Position numbers and translations under genes: made by a program. From assembly GCA_012646185.1 (NCBI GenBank), contig GCA_012646185.1_4706.1: DNA of 64,000 bases; one strand, written 5' to 3'. Origin of the DNA: a phage. Below are positions 18,914 to 28,592 of this stretch, in pieces. Numbering within the stretch: position 1 is the first letter of the stretch; each line of letters starts with the position of its first letter. Below the pieces are notes generated by a model. It had not been told where the DNA came from and searched no databases. It saw only the letters and a program-made list of their open reading frames with translations.

Positions 18914-21136
18914 TCAGTTAGTCTGAACCGGCAGCTTGATGTTTTCAGTGTAGACCTTACGCAGGTTCACAACGTTAATCAGACCCAGCAGCGGGCAGTT
19001 GTTAACGAAGCGGCAGCGCGGCTGAACCATGGTTTCTTTAGAAACCTGACCGTTACGGGTAACCTGAGCAACAGATACCAGTTCCGGTACATACAGGAAC
19101 ATACCGAAGGTCAGCGGATCCGGAGAACCCTGGATACCACGAGACAGGGTCACGAAGATCTTATCGCGCAGCATGACGTTCGGGTTATCTACAACCACGA
19201 AGTTGAAGCTTACACCAACGGTACGGAAATCGCCATCGGTCTGCAGGAACTGCGGGATGTAGTTGTCAGTTGCTACTACGCAACGCGGTTTCTCATCAGC
19301 GTTGGAAGACAGCAGCTGCAGAGCTGGCTGATAACCAGACTCGGAGTACATGCGGTATGCCATCTCACGAATCACGTTCATGATCGCAGCAGACACTTCA
19401 GCACGACGTTCTGCAGTGGTGGTACCCTGAACAGATTTCTCCAGGTCCAGATTGATTTCTTCGAACCACGGACGGATCAGGTAACGACCGAAACCTTCGA
19501 TCTGGATGTCGCCGAACTGACGGAAGCGAGAGGTCGCAACCGCTTTCAGTGCGTCTTTGTAGCTGAACAGTTTCTCAACCATCAGGTTGTCGAAACGTGC
19601 GTTAGCAGCTTGGATCAGAACGTCCAGGTCAGCAGCGTTTTCTTCCCAATCCAGCGGACGAGGAATGGAGAACGGAGCCAGCAGGCCGATTGCGTAACGT
19701 TCTTGCTTCATGTTGAAGTCAAGGTGCTTACCGCGCTCACGACGGTTGCTGTTGTTACGGCGGATACGCAGTTCGTAACCAACCAGTTTGAAGCTCAGGT
19801 CTTCAGCCAGCTGTTTGAACTCTTCGCCCTTACGCGGTTGTTCGATGTTGTCACGATCGACCAGACGATACAGTTCAGCGTTAGCGCCGTTAACACGCAG
19901 ACCGGCTTTCTCTACGTTGGAAGAACCGTAAACTTCGATTGCCAGCTGAGCAGCGGATTTCGAATCGATGATGTCCTGCAGCGCTTCAGCTCGTGCACCT
20001 TTAACGTCAACGGTGTTCTCATCAACGAAGATGGAGTGGGTGTCGAACGCCAGGGTCATTTTGCGGAAGTCGCCTTCCAGGGATTTCTGGAAACCGTTGG
20101 TGATCAGACCAGATACGTCGAACGGTACGTAAGAGGTTTTGCTGTGCTTGGTAGATTTGATTTCCACCAGGATTTTGGTCAGCGTGATCTGGGCGTCCAG
20201 CGCGTCGGTGTTGTCGCTGTAACCGTTAGCCAGGATGCTATCGTCTTCAGCGATACCGATCATGTCGATCAGTTTATCAACAGCCAGGTAAGACGTTTTA
20301 TAAGTTACGCCTTTAATTTCGATGTCGCGCGGAGCAACGATAGCTTTGTCAACGAAGTACTGTGCGTTAGCATCGTCAGCACGATAGATCGGATGCAGAT
20401 CGGTCACGTCGTTGGACAGAACGTCGTTGTACATGAACGCATCCAGCAGCGGACGACGTACCCAATCAGCCGGAGTACCGTCAGCGTTACGACGCAGGTG
20501 GTTGAACACCAGCGGACGACGGAAAGATACGTCGTAACCGATCTGGTTCGGAGCCAGAACGATGGTGTTGTACAGTTCGTTACCCATGCGGCTCAGACGA
20601 GAAGCCTTCACGTTGAACACAACGGAGTACGGCATCATGTCACGCAGTTCTTTCTGGTCGTAGGACAGCTGAACCAGTTCTTCAGATTCGCAACCGCAGG
20701 AATCAGCAGCCATCATGACGAAGTTAGAGCTGTCAACTTCACGGCCAGACGGAGTGGTGCTGATGTTCATGGAACGTGCTTGTTTAGCATATTCCACCGG
20801 GTTACCATGAGCCAGCATGATCAGTGCTGCTGCACGAGCCTGCTGTGCGTTCATGGTGAACAGCTGTTCTTCAATACGCTGCTTCTCTTCCGGAGTGGTG
20901 GTTTCGAAGCCCAGCATGGACAGAACCGGTTCTTCGGCTTTACGGATGTCGCTGCTGAAGCTCTTAACATCCATTTCGTTAACCAGTTTGTCCATGGATT
21001 TGAAATCAACCTTAGAAGCAGATTCCATAGACAGGAAGGTGTTCTCCAGACCTTTGTCTGCTGGTTTGCTACCATTAGCGGTCAGGAACTGGCGAGTGGC
21101 CGCGACCTGTTGGCTAAGAAGGGTTTTATCATTCAT
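18914..21136 (-). CDS. putative major capsid protein (740 aa)
   Basis: ATG at 21134-21136 with AAAGGA ribosome-binding site; length close to the ~750-aa capsid proteins of phiKZ-like phages (recollection, not verified); strong host-like codon bias; own terminator. Confidence 0.55.
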   Translation of the reverse strand: MNDKTLLSQQVAATRQFLTANGSKPADKGLENTFLSMESASKVDFKSMDKLVNEMDVKSFSSDIRKAEEPVLSMLGFETTTPEEKQRIEEQLFTMNAQQARAAALIMLAHGNPVEYAKQARSMNISTTPSGREVDSSNFVMMAADSCGCESEELVQLSYDQKELRDMMPYSVVFNVKASRLSRMGNELYNTIVLAPNQIGYDVSFRRPLVFNHLRRNADGTPADWVRRPLLDAFMYNDVLSNDVTDLHPIYRADDANAQYFVDKAIVAPRDIEIKGVTYKTSYLAVDKLIDMIGIAEDDSILANGYSDNTDALDAQITLTKILVEIKSTKHSKTSYVPFDVSGLITNGFQKSLEGDFRKMTLAFDTHSIFVDENTVDVKGARAEALQDIIDSKSAAQLAIEVYGSSNVEKAGLRVNGANAELYRLVDRDNIEQPRKGEEFKQLAEDLSFKLVGYELRIRRNNSNRRERGKHLDFNMKQERYAIGLLAPFSIPRPLDWEENAADLDVLIQAANARFDNLMVEKLFSYKDALKAVATSRFRQFGDIQIEGFGRYLIRPWFEEINLDLEKSVQGTTTAERRAEVSAAIMNVIREMAYRMYSESGYQPALQLLSSNADEKPRCVVATDNYIPQFLQTDGDFRTVGVSFNFVVVDNPNVMLRDKIFVTLSRGIQGSPDPLTFGMFLYVPELVSVAQVTRNGQVSKETMVQPRCRFVNNCPLLGLINVVNLRKVYTENIKLPVQTN

Positions 21137-21285
21137 TGAAAGTATCCTTTACAGAATTAACTTATATAAGTCGGTCGATAGACCATAGCGTACACGCGTG
21201 CATGCGCCACTATAGTATCAGTAAACACTTACCGTTATTGAGGTCGTGATACAACACTAAAAATGCCGCATAACTTTTCCCTACG

Positions 21286-21906
21286 TCACAAACGACGCAG
21301 GCGATAATGGATGGAACGATTGGTGCAATATGAACGGAACAGCGGCAATTGCGCAACTTCCGCAAGACTCATATTAATTCGCAGGTGTTCAATAACGGCG
21401 CTGTAGTTATCAGCAATACGATCGCTCAATAACTCTTCTGCCAATAAAGGAAGACAATCGACAACAATCGCGATCACATCCTCATTAACATAACGCACCC
21501 GAACACTCAGCGGACGTTTGTCTGGGCTGTAAGTTGGATCCGCCAAACGACGTTCAATATCACGCGGATAGCTCGTCAGTAAATGGTAATAACCATTGTC
21601 ATAACGATTGATGTACTCACACAGCACATCAACATTCTTCTCTGGCGGCAAACCTGTTTCGTCATAGTGATACGCAAACATACCACCAAGCAGGTTGTTA
21701 AGATGAACCGCAGGGTTCGCTTGTTCGTGTTCTTTCGTGATGAAGAAAGGCACGTTCTGGGCTGCGAAATAAAAACCTACATCATTGGGCGATAGTATGC
21801 CGAAAAGACTTTTAGGGTCTAATAACACCTGTAAGTCATCACGCGCATTTCGAATAATCGCGTGTTCTACCCAATTCGGAACGACGAGATATCGGAGTTC
21901 CTTCAT
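21286..21906 (-). CDS. hypothetical protein (206 aa)
   Basis: ATG at 21904-21906 with AAGAGG ribosome-binding site. Confidence 0.8.
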   Translation of the reverse strand: MKELRYLVVPNWVEHAIIRNARDDLQVLLDPKSLFGILSPNDVGFYFAAQNVPFFITKEHEQANPAVHLNNLLGGMFAYHYDETGLPPEKNVDVLCEYINRYDNGYYHLLTSYPRDIERRLADPTYSPDKRPLSVRVRYVNEDVIAIVVDCLPLLAEELLSDRIADNYSAVIEHLRINMSLAEVAQLPLFRSYCTNRSIHYRLRRL

Positions 21907-21945
21907 TATGATTACCTCTTTGCAAGTATCGAAAGGATTGAGTCG

Positions 21946-23556
21946 ATGGACCCAAAACAGATAGCCATTAAGATTATTACGTTACTGTTTCGTAATGCAC
22001 AATTGAACCATCCCGATCCCAGTACGATCGAACATGTTAAATCCGTCTTAGATAAAGTCGAACCCCCGAAAAACCATCTCGCTACAGACGTAGATAGAGA
22101 GGTTTTCAACAACCTGATGAATACCATTCATTGGATGTTGGAACAACCATTATCGGAACCTTTCGATAAACAACAGTTGTTACAAAGGATACGTTTGGAT
22201 TGCCTTGAACAAAGCAATCTTTACGAGATTCTTGCCGACGGACTGTACGATATCGAAGACGACGCTCATATCAGTAAGGTCTGTTCGCTCTATTACAATG
22301 AATTACGTAATCTGATTACCCGGCGTCGTGTTTTCGAAACCTTTAAAAACACGTACATGGATATCAGTAACGGGCGACTTGGGGATAAAGAATTTTTCGA
22401 TGCGATGGCGAATCTGAAATTATCGCTAGACAGTATCGAAATGGATACCGAAAATCCCGAAGAGATGTCGTGTATGATTGACGGCTTTATCGCTGACAGC
22501 GAAGACGATATCGAGAAAGTTGAACGTATGTTCGTCAAAGCGATGGAACGTAACAGTCCTGAAGGTGGATTTGTAACCGGCTGGCAAGGCTTTAATAAAA
22601 TGTTGGGGTCGGTCGGCGTTTTACGTCGCGGTACCTTAGGACTGATTGGTGCAATGCAGCACCGGAACAAGTCAGGCGTGTTGTTAAAACTGTTCACACA
22701 TCTGGCATTGTACAACAAACCCCATTTCTTTTTCCCAGAGCGAGCAAAGAAAGCATTACTGATTCATTTGTCGACAGAAAACGAAGTGGAAGAAAACACG
22801 CTTCAGATATACAAGAACATGCGAGAACAGGAAACGGGCGAATATGTCGATATTCGTAAGATTGACCCTCGCGAGGCATCACGTTATGTGTTGAAGGTGT
22901 TCAACGATGCGGGTTTCTCTGTTTGTATGCGTCGTGTTGATGGGATGAGTTATAAACAACTCGCTAATCTCATCGACCATTTCGAACGCATGGGTTATGA
23001 AGTCATGGCGTTGTTCATTGACTATCTGAAAATGTTCTCATCGGAAGGGTTGGATAGAAATGGACCGACCGGCGCATGGCTCCAAGAACTCTTCAACAAA
23101 GTCCGTAACCTCTGCAGCGTTAAACGTATTTTAGGTATGACGGTACACCAGCTGTCATCCGATGCGAAGATGCGTGCGCGTGATGGTAACGATGAAGAGT
23201 TTGTTGACCAGGTCGCAGGTTTAAGTTACTGGGATGGTTGTAAAGGGATCGACCGTGAGATTGACCTTGAGGTGATTGTTGATATCGTTAAGGAGCCGGG
23301 CAAACGTCAAAGTTGGCAGGTCTTTGCGTTAGGGAAAGACCGTCAACCGGATAACGGTTCAACGAAACCTGAAGACAAACATTTCGCGATGCCATTCCAA
23401 ACCATCGGGATGCTTCCTGATGATTACGGTAAGAAAGCAGTATACTGCCGCAAGGTTGGCGGACAACCTGTCTCCGAGGGAGGTAAAGGTCCGTGGAACA
23501 AGTTCGATGAAAACGCAGCACCGAGTAATGAATTACAATTTGATTTAGAATTTTAA
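21946..23556 (+). CDS. putative DnaB-like helicase (~536 aa) with atypical P-loop
   Basis: Start moved from GTG 21862 to ATG 21946 (AAAGGA, 8-nt spacer). GWQGFNKMLGSVGVLRRGTLGLIGAMQHRNKSG parallels the DnaB Walker A region; ALFIDYL resembles DnaB Walker B IDYLQL; QLSSD follows. Confidence 0.5.
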   Translation: MDPKQIAIKIITLLFRNAQLNHPDPSTIEHVKSVLDKVEPPKNHLATDVDREVFNNLMNTIHWMLEQPLSEPFDKQQLLQRIRLDCLEQSNLYEILADGLYDIEDDAHISKVCSLYYNELRNLITRRRVFETFKNTYMDISNGRLGDKEFFDAMANLKLSLDSIEMDTENPEEMSCMIDGFIADSEDDIEKVERMFVKAMERNSPEGGFVTGWQGFNKMLGSVGVLRRGTLGLIGAMQHRNKSGVLLKLFTHLALYNKPHFFFPERAKKALLIHLSTENEVEENTLQIYKNMREQETGEYVDIRKIDPREASRYVLKVFNDAGFSVCMRRVDGMSYKQLANLIDHFERMGYEVMALFIDYLKMFSSEGLDRNGPTGAWLQELFNKVRNLCSVKRILGMTVHQLSSDAKMRARDGNDEEFVDQVAGLSYWDGCKGIDREIDLEVIVDIVKEPGKRQSWQVFALGKDRQPDNGSTKPEDKHFAMPFQTIGMLPDDYGKKAVYCRKVGGQPVSEGGKGPWNKFDENAAPSNELQFDLEF

Positions 23557-23582
23557 ACGCAAAAAAAAAAGATTGTGCGGTT

Positions 23583-23614
23583 CCCTCCTCCAACCCGTAA
23601 GGGAAGGAGGAGGG
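23583..23614. terminator. conserved terminator hairpin between convergent genes
   Basis: CCCTCCTCC-AA-CCC-GTAA-GGG-AA-GGAGGAGGG preceded by A10 (U10 after hairpin on minus strand). Confidence 0.8.
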
Positions 23615-23630
23615 GTTATGACCGCTTTGA

Positions 23631-23957
23631 TTAACTTATTGTCATGAATTCATTAGGTGAAAATTTCCAGCCGTTCTCAGTGAGAAGCGTGTTGAGTTTC
23701 GCTGCAACGATAAGCCATGCATGCATGGCTGTTACATCGTATTGGCGATTCACTCGACGTTGGTTTTCGATATTGATTTGCTCCTGTTCAGTGATGTTTG
23801 GATAAAGTGCGATAGCGCTAGGTTTACCCAGCGCGCTAGTCATCACCGCCGTACATTCACTGATAATGTTGTTTAAGTGGTAGTTATACACCGTTCCACG
23901 CATGACGCGATGACGGCATTCGATAATAGCGTCGTAAATGATTTCTCGAGTAATCAT
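23631..23957 (-). CDS. hypothetical small protein (108 aa)
   Basis: ATG at 23955-23957; terminator downstream. Confidence 0.75.
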   Translation of the reverse strand: MITREIIYDAIIECRHRVMRGTVYNYHLNNIISECTAVMTSALGKPSAIALYPNITEQEQINIENQRRVNRQYDVTAMHAWLIVAAKLNTLLTENGWKFSPNEFMTIS

Positions 23958-23963
23958 GATAAT

Positions 23964-24365
23964 TTAAAACATACGGTCGTTTTTAGCACGGGCGTCCATT
24001 ACCAGATCGTAGATGCCTGCGGTTCGTAAGCACTCTTCGTAGTAACGATGTGTGCCTTCCTCAGCCATCCACGATAACCCACGGCTATCCGCAACAATAA
24101 CCAGTTTGTTATTGTTGAACGCACACACCACACGGTAGGTCGCGTTGTTATTCGGATCGCGAGTGATAAGTTCGTAAACGCCGTTAACAGGTTTACTGAA
24201 TTCACCGTTTAACGGAACGAGTTCGGTAGTACCTTCAGCAAACGTTACGTTGATCGGTGATGGGTCTTTAGCGATAACAGTATATTCCACATTGTGTTCT
24301 TTACTGGTCATAATACCGAAGTAAGAACTCACAGGGGAACGTGGTACACTAAGAATATTAAACAT
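23964..24365 (-). CDS. hypothetical protein (133 aa)
   Basis: ATG at 24363-24365 with AAGAGGA ribosome-binding site. Confidence 0.8.
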   Translation of the reverse strand: MFNILSVPRSPVSSYFGIMTSKEHNVEYTVIAKDPSPINVTFAEGTTELVPLNGEFSKPVNGVYELITRDPNNNATYRVVCAFNNNKLVIVADSRGLSWMAEEGTHRYYEECLRTAGIYDLVMDARAKNDRMF

Positions 24366-24435
24366 AGATGTTGTCCTCTTAATTGGATTTAGATTGTTGG
24401 GTGTGTTATTGGGAAATGAAAACGTTGTTTCGGTT

Positions 24436-25005
24436 TTAGACGATGAGTGACCAGGTGGTAAGCACCCCGCTTGCGAATTCGAGCTTAAGACGTTTACCGA
24501 TAAGTTGTTGTTGGATCATCTTCTCGGTGATACGTCGATCATGCTGAACCGCTTTATCAAACGCTTCTTTCGCTTCAGCTTGGTAGAAGTTCGTTTCTTC
24601 GTTTTCGTCGATCTCTTCGAGAGCATCGTCGTCGATGTCAGCAAGTTTCACTCGACCGTTTTCATCAGGTTGTTCTGCAGGTTCATTGTCATACGGCGTG
24701 TCTTTTGTTGGTGCGACACGATGTTGCAACTCGACCTGCGTTAACATGATCTCCATCTCACCATCGATAGGAATGATTTCATCGGCGCTGCCGTTTTCGG
24801 TCAGCTCTCGACTTTCCAGTAATGTCGTCGTAACAGAGAACACCTCTTCAACAGGAACCTCATCATCGTCGATGGTGTTAACCGTATTGCTGGTAACTTC
24901 GGCAACAACCATCAAATCAAATGCGTGAGGGTCACCTGGCATTTTGATTCCTGGAAGTTTGTTGAGGTACCAAGGATCAAGAATCATGATTTCTGGATTA
25001 AACAT
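24436..25005 (-). CDS. hypothetical acidic protein (189 aa)
   Basis: ATG at 25003-25005 with GAAAGG ribosome-binding site; ~200-nt leader after the conserved element. Confidence 0.8.
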   Translation of the reverse strand: MFNPEIMILDPWYLNKLPGIKMPGDPHAFDLMVVAEVTSNTVNTIDDDEVPVEEVFSVTTTLLESRELTENGSADEIIPIDGEMEIMLTQVELQHRVAPTKDTPYDNEPAEQPDENGRVKLADIDDDALEEIDENEETNFYQAEAKEAFDKAVQHDRRITEKMIQQQLIGKRLKLEFASGVLTTWSLIV

Positions 25006-25204
25006 CGTATTTTACCTTTCTATGTTAGGTGGATTGCGGATAGAAGAATCAATGCATAGATTGATAGTTCTTTGTTAGAAATTATTGCCGAACCGGTTAT
25101 GGTTATAACGCGTGTTTTCGTATTCTGACGGGTCGCGTATTAATAAGGCCATGACTGTATCCTCGATTATTAAGAGAAATTTACAACGATAACAGTAACC
25201 GCTG

Positions 25205-25267
25205 TTATCACCTAGGTAATGTAGTCGCGAAATAAACTGGAGTAATGCGAAATAAGACAGCATAGAA
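25205..25267 (-). promoter_or_regulatory. conserved ~60-nt element, candidate phage promoter
   Basis: About 85% identical to 63861-63924; plus strand reads CACCTAGGTAATGTAGTCGCGAAATAAACTG...CGAAATAAGACAGCATAGAA. Confidence 0.35.
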
Positions 25268-25299
25268 CCCTCTCCCAACCCATCAGGGAAGGGAGAGGG
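25268..25299 (-). terminator. conserved terminator hairpin
   Basis: CCCTCTCCC-AA-CCC-ATCA-GGG-AA-GGGAGAGGG directly after the stop of the 25304 gene. Confidence 0.7.
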
Positions 25300-25303
25300 A
25301 ATA

Positions 25304-26671
25304 TTAAACGGTTGGGCGAACGGTGTTGTCTTTTTCTGGTGCAAGCCATAACGTGACCGTACCATGGCATGTCCACTGTGGTTCACGTACAGAAGAACCT
25401 GCCATCGTAACAGCACAATCGGTACGCATGATAACCCCGTATGCTTCGCAGAGATTGTTATCCTGCATCCACACAACTTTAGCAGGCATGCCAGGATACA
25501 ACAAATCCATGTTTGCGTATTCCCACACCAACTGCATTGTTCTGCCGCGTAATCCAGCAGTATTACTTAATTCACGCCATCGGTTATCGGTTACGCGCCC
25601 CATCCCTTTCGCCACCTTCACGTTATCGCTACGTTCTTCAGTTACGTACTCGCTAACGTTTACGGTACGACTGATTATCGTATCACCCCCTTTTGATAAT
25701 GTCATTCCCTGACTCATCTGACTTGCCGAAACAAAACGCCCGCCCGCATTACCTAACAACGAAGCCGCGTTATTGATGTCGCTTACCGACGCCCCTCTCG
25801 TACATGCAATTTCCACGTATTTGTCACGATTGATCCAGGTCTTGTCCATGCCCGGAAACATATCGGCAGGATAGTTGTAAAAGATAGCCGTACGGCGGCC
25901 ATCAGAGAAACGGGTTTCGTCATAGAGAGGATAAATATACAGATACGGGGATTGATAATAACAACCGACATCCGCTGAATAAATACCGACCTGGTTCTGG
26001 ATTTTGTCTACGAGATCCATTGCGTTGGTACCGTGTGGAAGAATAAGCAACTTGAACAGGTTGTCGTTATTCGGTGCAACAATATCCACACCCTGCATTT
26101 TGAACCCGGTATCGGCTTCAACCGCAGAAAGTATCTTGCTGAATTCGAGCCGTAACACATCCAGCACTTTCGACCCGGTATAGTTTTCACCGGTTTCTGA
26201 TTGCATGAAGCTTTCAAGAACAGGATCGAACAGTTGAAATTGAAGATCGACCATTTGTTCGTAGTCTTTCTTCGAAGAATCGGTTGCGGTACGTTCGTCG
26301 TTAGCAGACATACGACTGTCTACGGTTGTTAAACAAACCGCCCGGTAGACGTAAGCTTGCGCAGCATCGTCTACGGTTTGGCGTTGTCCGCGCATCAGGC
26401 TGTACGCCTGCACGATGATGCGCATTTTAAGTTGTTGTTGGTATGGTAGAATGTATTTTCCGTAACTGCCCGGTGGGAACTTTACAGAAATATAAAGTTC
26501 ATCCCCTGCGTTACGTTCATAGTCTCGATACGTGTGGACTTGAGTCACTAAAGGAACAGACACCGTCATTGACGGCGTGATTAATTCCGCGGTGACTTTA
26601 TACGCAACAGCAACTGCTTCCTGCGCAAATGTACCGATATACCGTCCTAACGGCGTCTGTTTGTAATCCAT
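25304..26671 (-). CDS. hypothetical protein (455 aa)
   Basis: ATG at 26669-26671; long ORF; upstream gene stops 2 nt before its start. Confidence 0.85.
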   Translation of the reverse strand: MDYKQTPLGRYIGTFAQEAVAVAYKVTAELITPSMTVSVPLVTQVHTYRDYERNAGDELYISVKFPPGSYGKYILPYQQQLKMRIIVQAYSLMRGQRQTVDDAAQAYVYRAVCLTTVDSRMSANDERTATDSSKKDYEQMVDLQFQLFDPVLESFMQSETGENYTGSKVLDVLRLEFSKILSAVEADTGFKMQGVDIVAPNNDNLFKLLILPHGTNAMDLVDKIQNQVGIYSADVGCYYQSPYLYIYPLYDETRFSDGRRTAIFYNYPADMFPGMDKTWINRDKYVEIACTRGASVSDINNAASLLGNAGGRFVSASQMSQGMTLSKGGDTIISRTVNVSEYVTEERSDNVKVAKGMGRVTDNRWRELSNTAGLRGRTMQLVWEYANMDLLYPGMPAKVVWMQDNNLCEAYGVIMRTDCAVTMAGSSVREPQWTCHGTVTLWLAPEKDNTVRPTV

Positions 26672-26673
26672 GT

Positions 26674-27279
26674 TTAACGACCCCGTTGCTGTTGTTGAAT
26701 GATGAATTCTTCGATCTTCGTACCACGGAATTCGCTGTGACGAACCGCTTGCAGTTGCTCTTCAACGGTTGGGCCTGCGTTGAGACCGCCACGACGTGCG
26801 CGGTTGATGCCGATTTTACGACGCTGACCGATTTCACGTAAACGTGAAGATAATCCGCTCATTTCGGTTGGGTCTTTAATACGACCGCGTGCAACGTTCC
26901 ACAGACCACCCATGAACTCTTCGAGGATACGGCTGGCTTCGAGAGACGGTACGCGTGCGTTGGGATCGTTTTCGAGATTGTATTTAACGTATTCCGTGTG
27001 TTCCAGAAGAAGCATGAACATCTTCATGGCGTTCACGTCAGGATTTGCAATACGCATAGGGACACCACGAGAATGTTTTTCAGCAGCCTGCGGTACAGTG
27101 AGCTGTGCGGGCACCTCTTCGTTCATGGCCATATCGTCGATTTCTGCAACCCCTGAAGAGTAGACACCGCTGACTTCGTTGGTGTAGTTATCCACCATGA
27201 ATTTACGGGGAATCCAGAATTCGAATTTACGTTCAAATAGACGTTTGGTTGGGGTATCTTTAACGTGTTGTAGACTCAT
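26674..27279 (-). CDS. hypothetical protein (201 aa)
   Basis: ATG at 27277-27279 overlapping the upstream TGA (ATGA coupling). Confidence 0.8.
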   Translation of the reverse strand: MSLQHVKDTPTKRLFERKFEFWIPRKFMVDNYTNEVSGVYSSGVAEIDDMAMNEEVPAQLTVPQAAEKHSRGVPMRIANPDVNAMKMFMLLLEHTEYVKYNLENDPNARVPSLEASRILEEFMGGLWNVARGRIKDPTEMSGLSSRLREIGQRRKIGINRARRGGLNAGPTVEEQLQAVRHSEFRGTKIEEFIIQQQQRGR

Positions 27280-28592
27280 GGTTCAATAGCTCCTGCTCGT
27301 AACAGCATAATAACGAACGGTGTGAAATAATAACGATCTAGCGGAGAAAGCAACGGTATTGCGTCAACCATCTGTTTCAGTGCCGGATGGCTGATCGCTT
27401 TCTCATCGACCATATCACGTACCATACTCTCAATAATCGTCATTGGGGCTTGATTGCGGTAGAAAGCCTCTGTGAAAACATAGTACGGATCGTCCGCTAC
27501 CGATGGAAACAACGGAACGCCGTCATACTCCATCGATGTAAGGTTGGTCACCAACGGATTTGTCGGTGGTGTGTTTTCAGGTACAGCCAACTCTTTACCT
27601 ACGTCTTCACCGAGCGACGTGGTCGCAGGCCACATACAGAACCGCGCACCACTAAAACGAATCCCACCTGCAGCCGGGTACTGATAGAAACGCTTTGTTG
27701 ACAACAGTGTGAATTTCACCGTCAACCGTGCTTCGTCTTCCCGACGTCCGTCCATGACCCATTCAAAGACAGAAATCGCGTTCGCTTCCTGGCTGTCGTC
27801 TACGTTAAGGCGTCCGAAGTTCCATGAAGGTTTTCCTTCAAGCGACGACCATAATTTCGTAAACGCGTTAACGCACCAGGGATCGTAGGTTGCAGCATCT
27901 TGACCAGGAACAAGCAATGTGTTTAATTCACGGCTGTAGAATTCATGGTAGTACGCGTGACAAAGTCCCAGTGCACGACGGAGATAATCGTACTTACGAT
28001 TGTATTTCTCCGTTGCCATTACGGGATGTTTTCCGTGCTTTAACTGGTCTTGGTCGTACAGCGTATCCTCAACGATTTTCGCTTCCAGTTCGATAAGCTG
28101 TTTTTCGTCAAGAATACGTTGGAAGGAAATATCACATTCGTAAGCCGGTGCTAAGCTGATGTTCTTCGGCGTGATTCGGGTGATCGTGTACACCGCGATA
28201 CGATGATCGAGACCGGAGATTAACAGCATGTTACCTAAAAGAGGAACCGATACCGCCGGAAGTATACACGTACCCTCGGATTGAAAACGTGCGGTCCCGT
28301 TGTCGTACGACGGCGTCAATGACGACATTAACTTGATAGGGTAATGTCTGATGCGACGGTACTGCTGCTCGGCAATATCACGGTTAGCTTGAAAACTGCT
28401 TTGTTCATCATCACGACCGAGAATCTGTTCGTAATAATCACATTCTACGGAATAACCGGATGCGTAATTCACTAACCCGATTTGACTATTGTATTGCTCA
28501 TCCACCACTGCAGAACGATAAACATCGTCGCGAGCCTTCGCGGGTTGTTGGGGGTTGATGATGGGTTTCGCGGGCTTCTTAGCGAGCGCCAT
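27276..28592 (-). CDS. hypothetical protein (438 aa)
   Basis: ATG at 28590-28592; overlaps end of upstream gene. Confidence 0.85.
   Translation of the reverse strand: MALAKKPAKPIINPQQPAKARDDVYRSAVVDEQYNSQIGLVNYASGYSVECDYYEQILGRDDEQSSFQANRDIAEQQYRRIRHYPIKLMSSLTPSYDNGTARFQSEGTCILPAVSVPLLGNMLLISGLDHRIAVYTITRITPKNISLAPAYECDISFQRILDEKQLIELEAKIVEDTLYDQDQLKHGKHPVMATEKYNRKYDYLRRALGLCHAYYHEFYSRELNTLLVPGQDAATYDPWCVNAFTKLWSSLEGKPSWNFGRLNVDDSQEANAISVFEWVMDGRREDEARLTVKFTLLSTKRFYQYPAAGGIRFSGARFCMWPATTSLGEDVGKELAVPENTPPTNPLVTNLTSMEYDGVPLFPSVADDPYYVFTEAFYRNQAPMTIIESMVRDMVDEKAISHPALKQMVDAIPLLSPLDRYYFTPFVIMLLRAGAIEP

Noticed and set aside
18839-21139. 766-aa plus-strand ORF fully antisense to the putative capsid gene
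   Set aside because: Composition is skewed to V/R/Q/H/F as expected for the antisense of a codon-biased gene; the minus-strand frame has the ribosome-binding site, terminator and coherent protein-like sequence.
25075-25476. 133-aa minus-strand ORF spanning an intergenic region
   Set aside because: It covers the conserved terminator hairpin and candidate promoter element and overlaps the 3' end of the 25304 gene; no ribosome-binding site.
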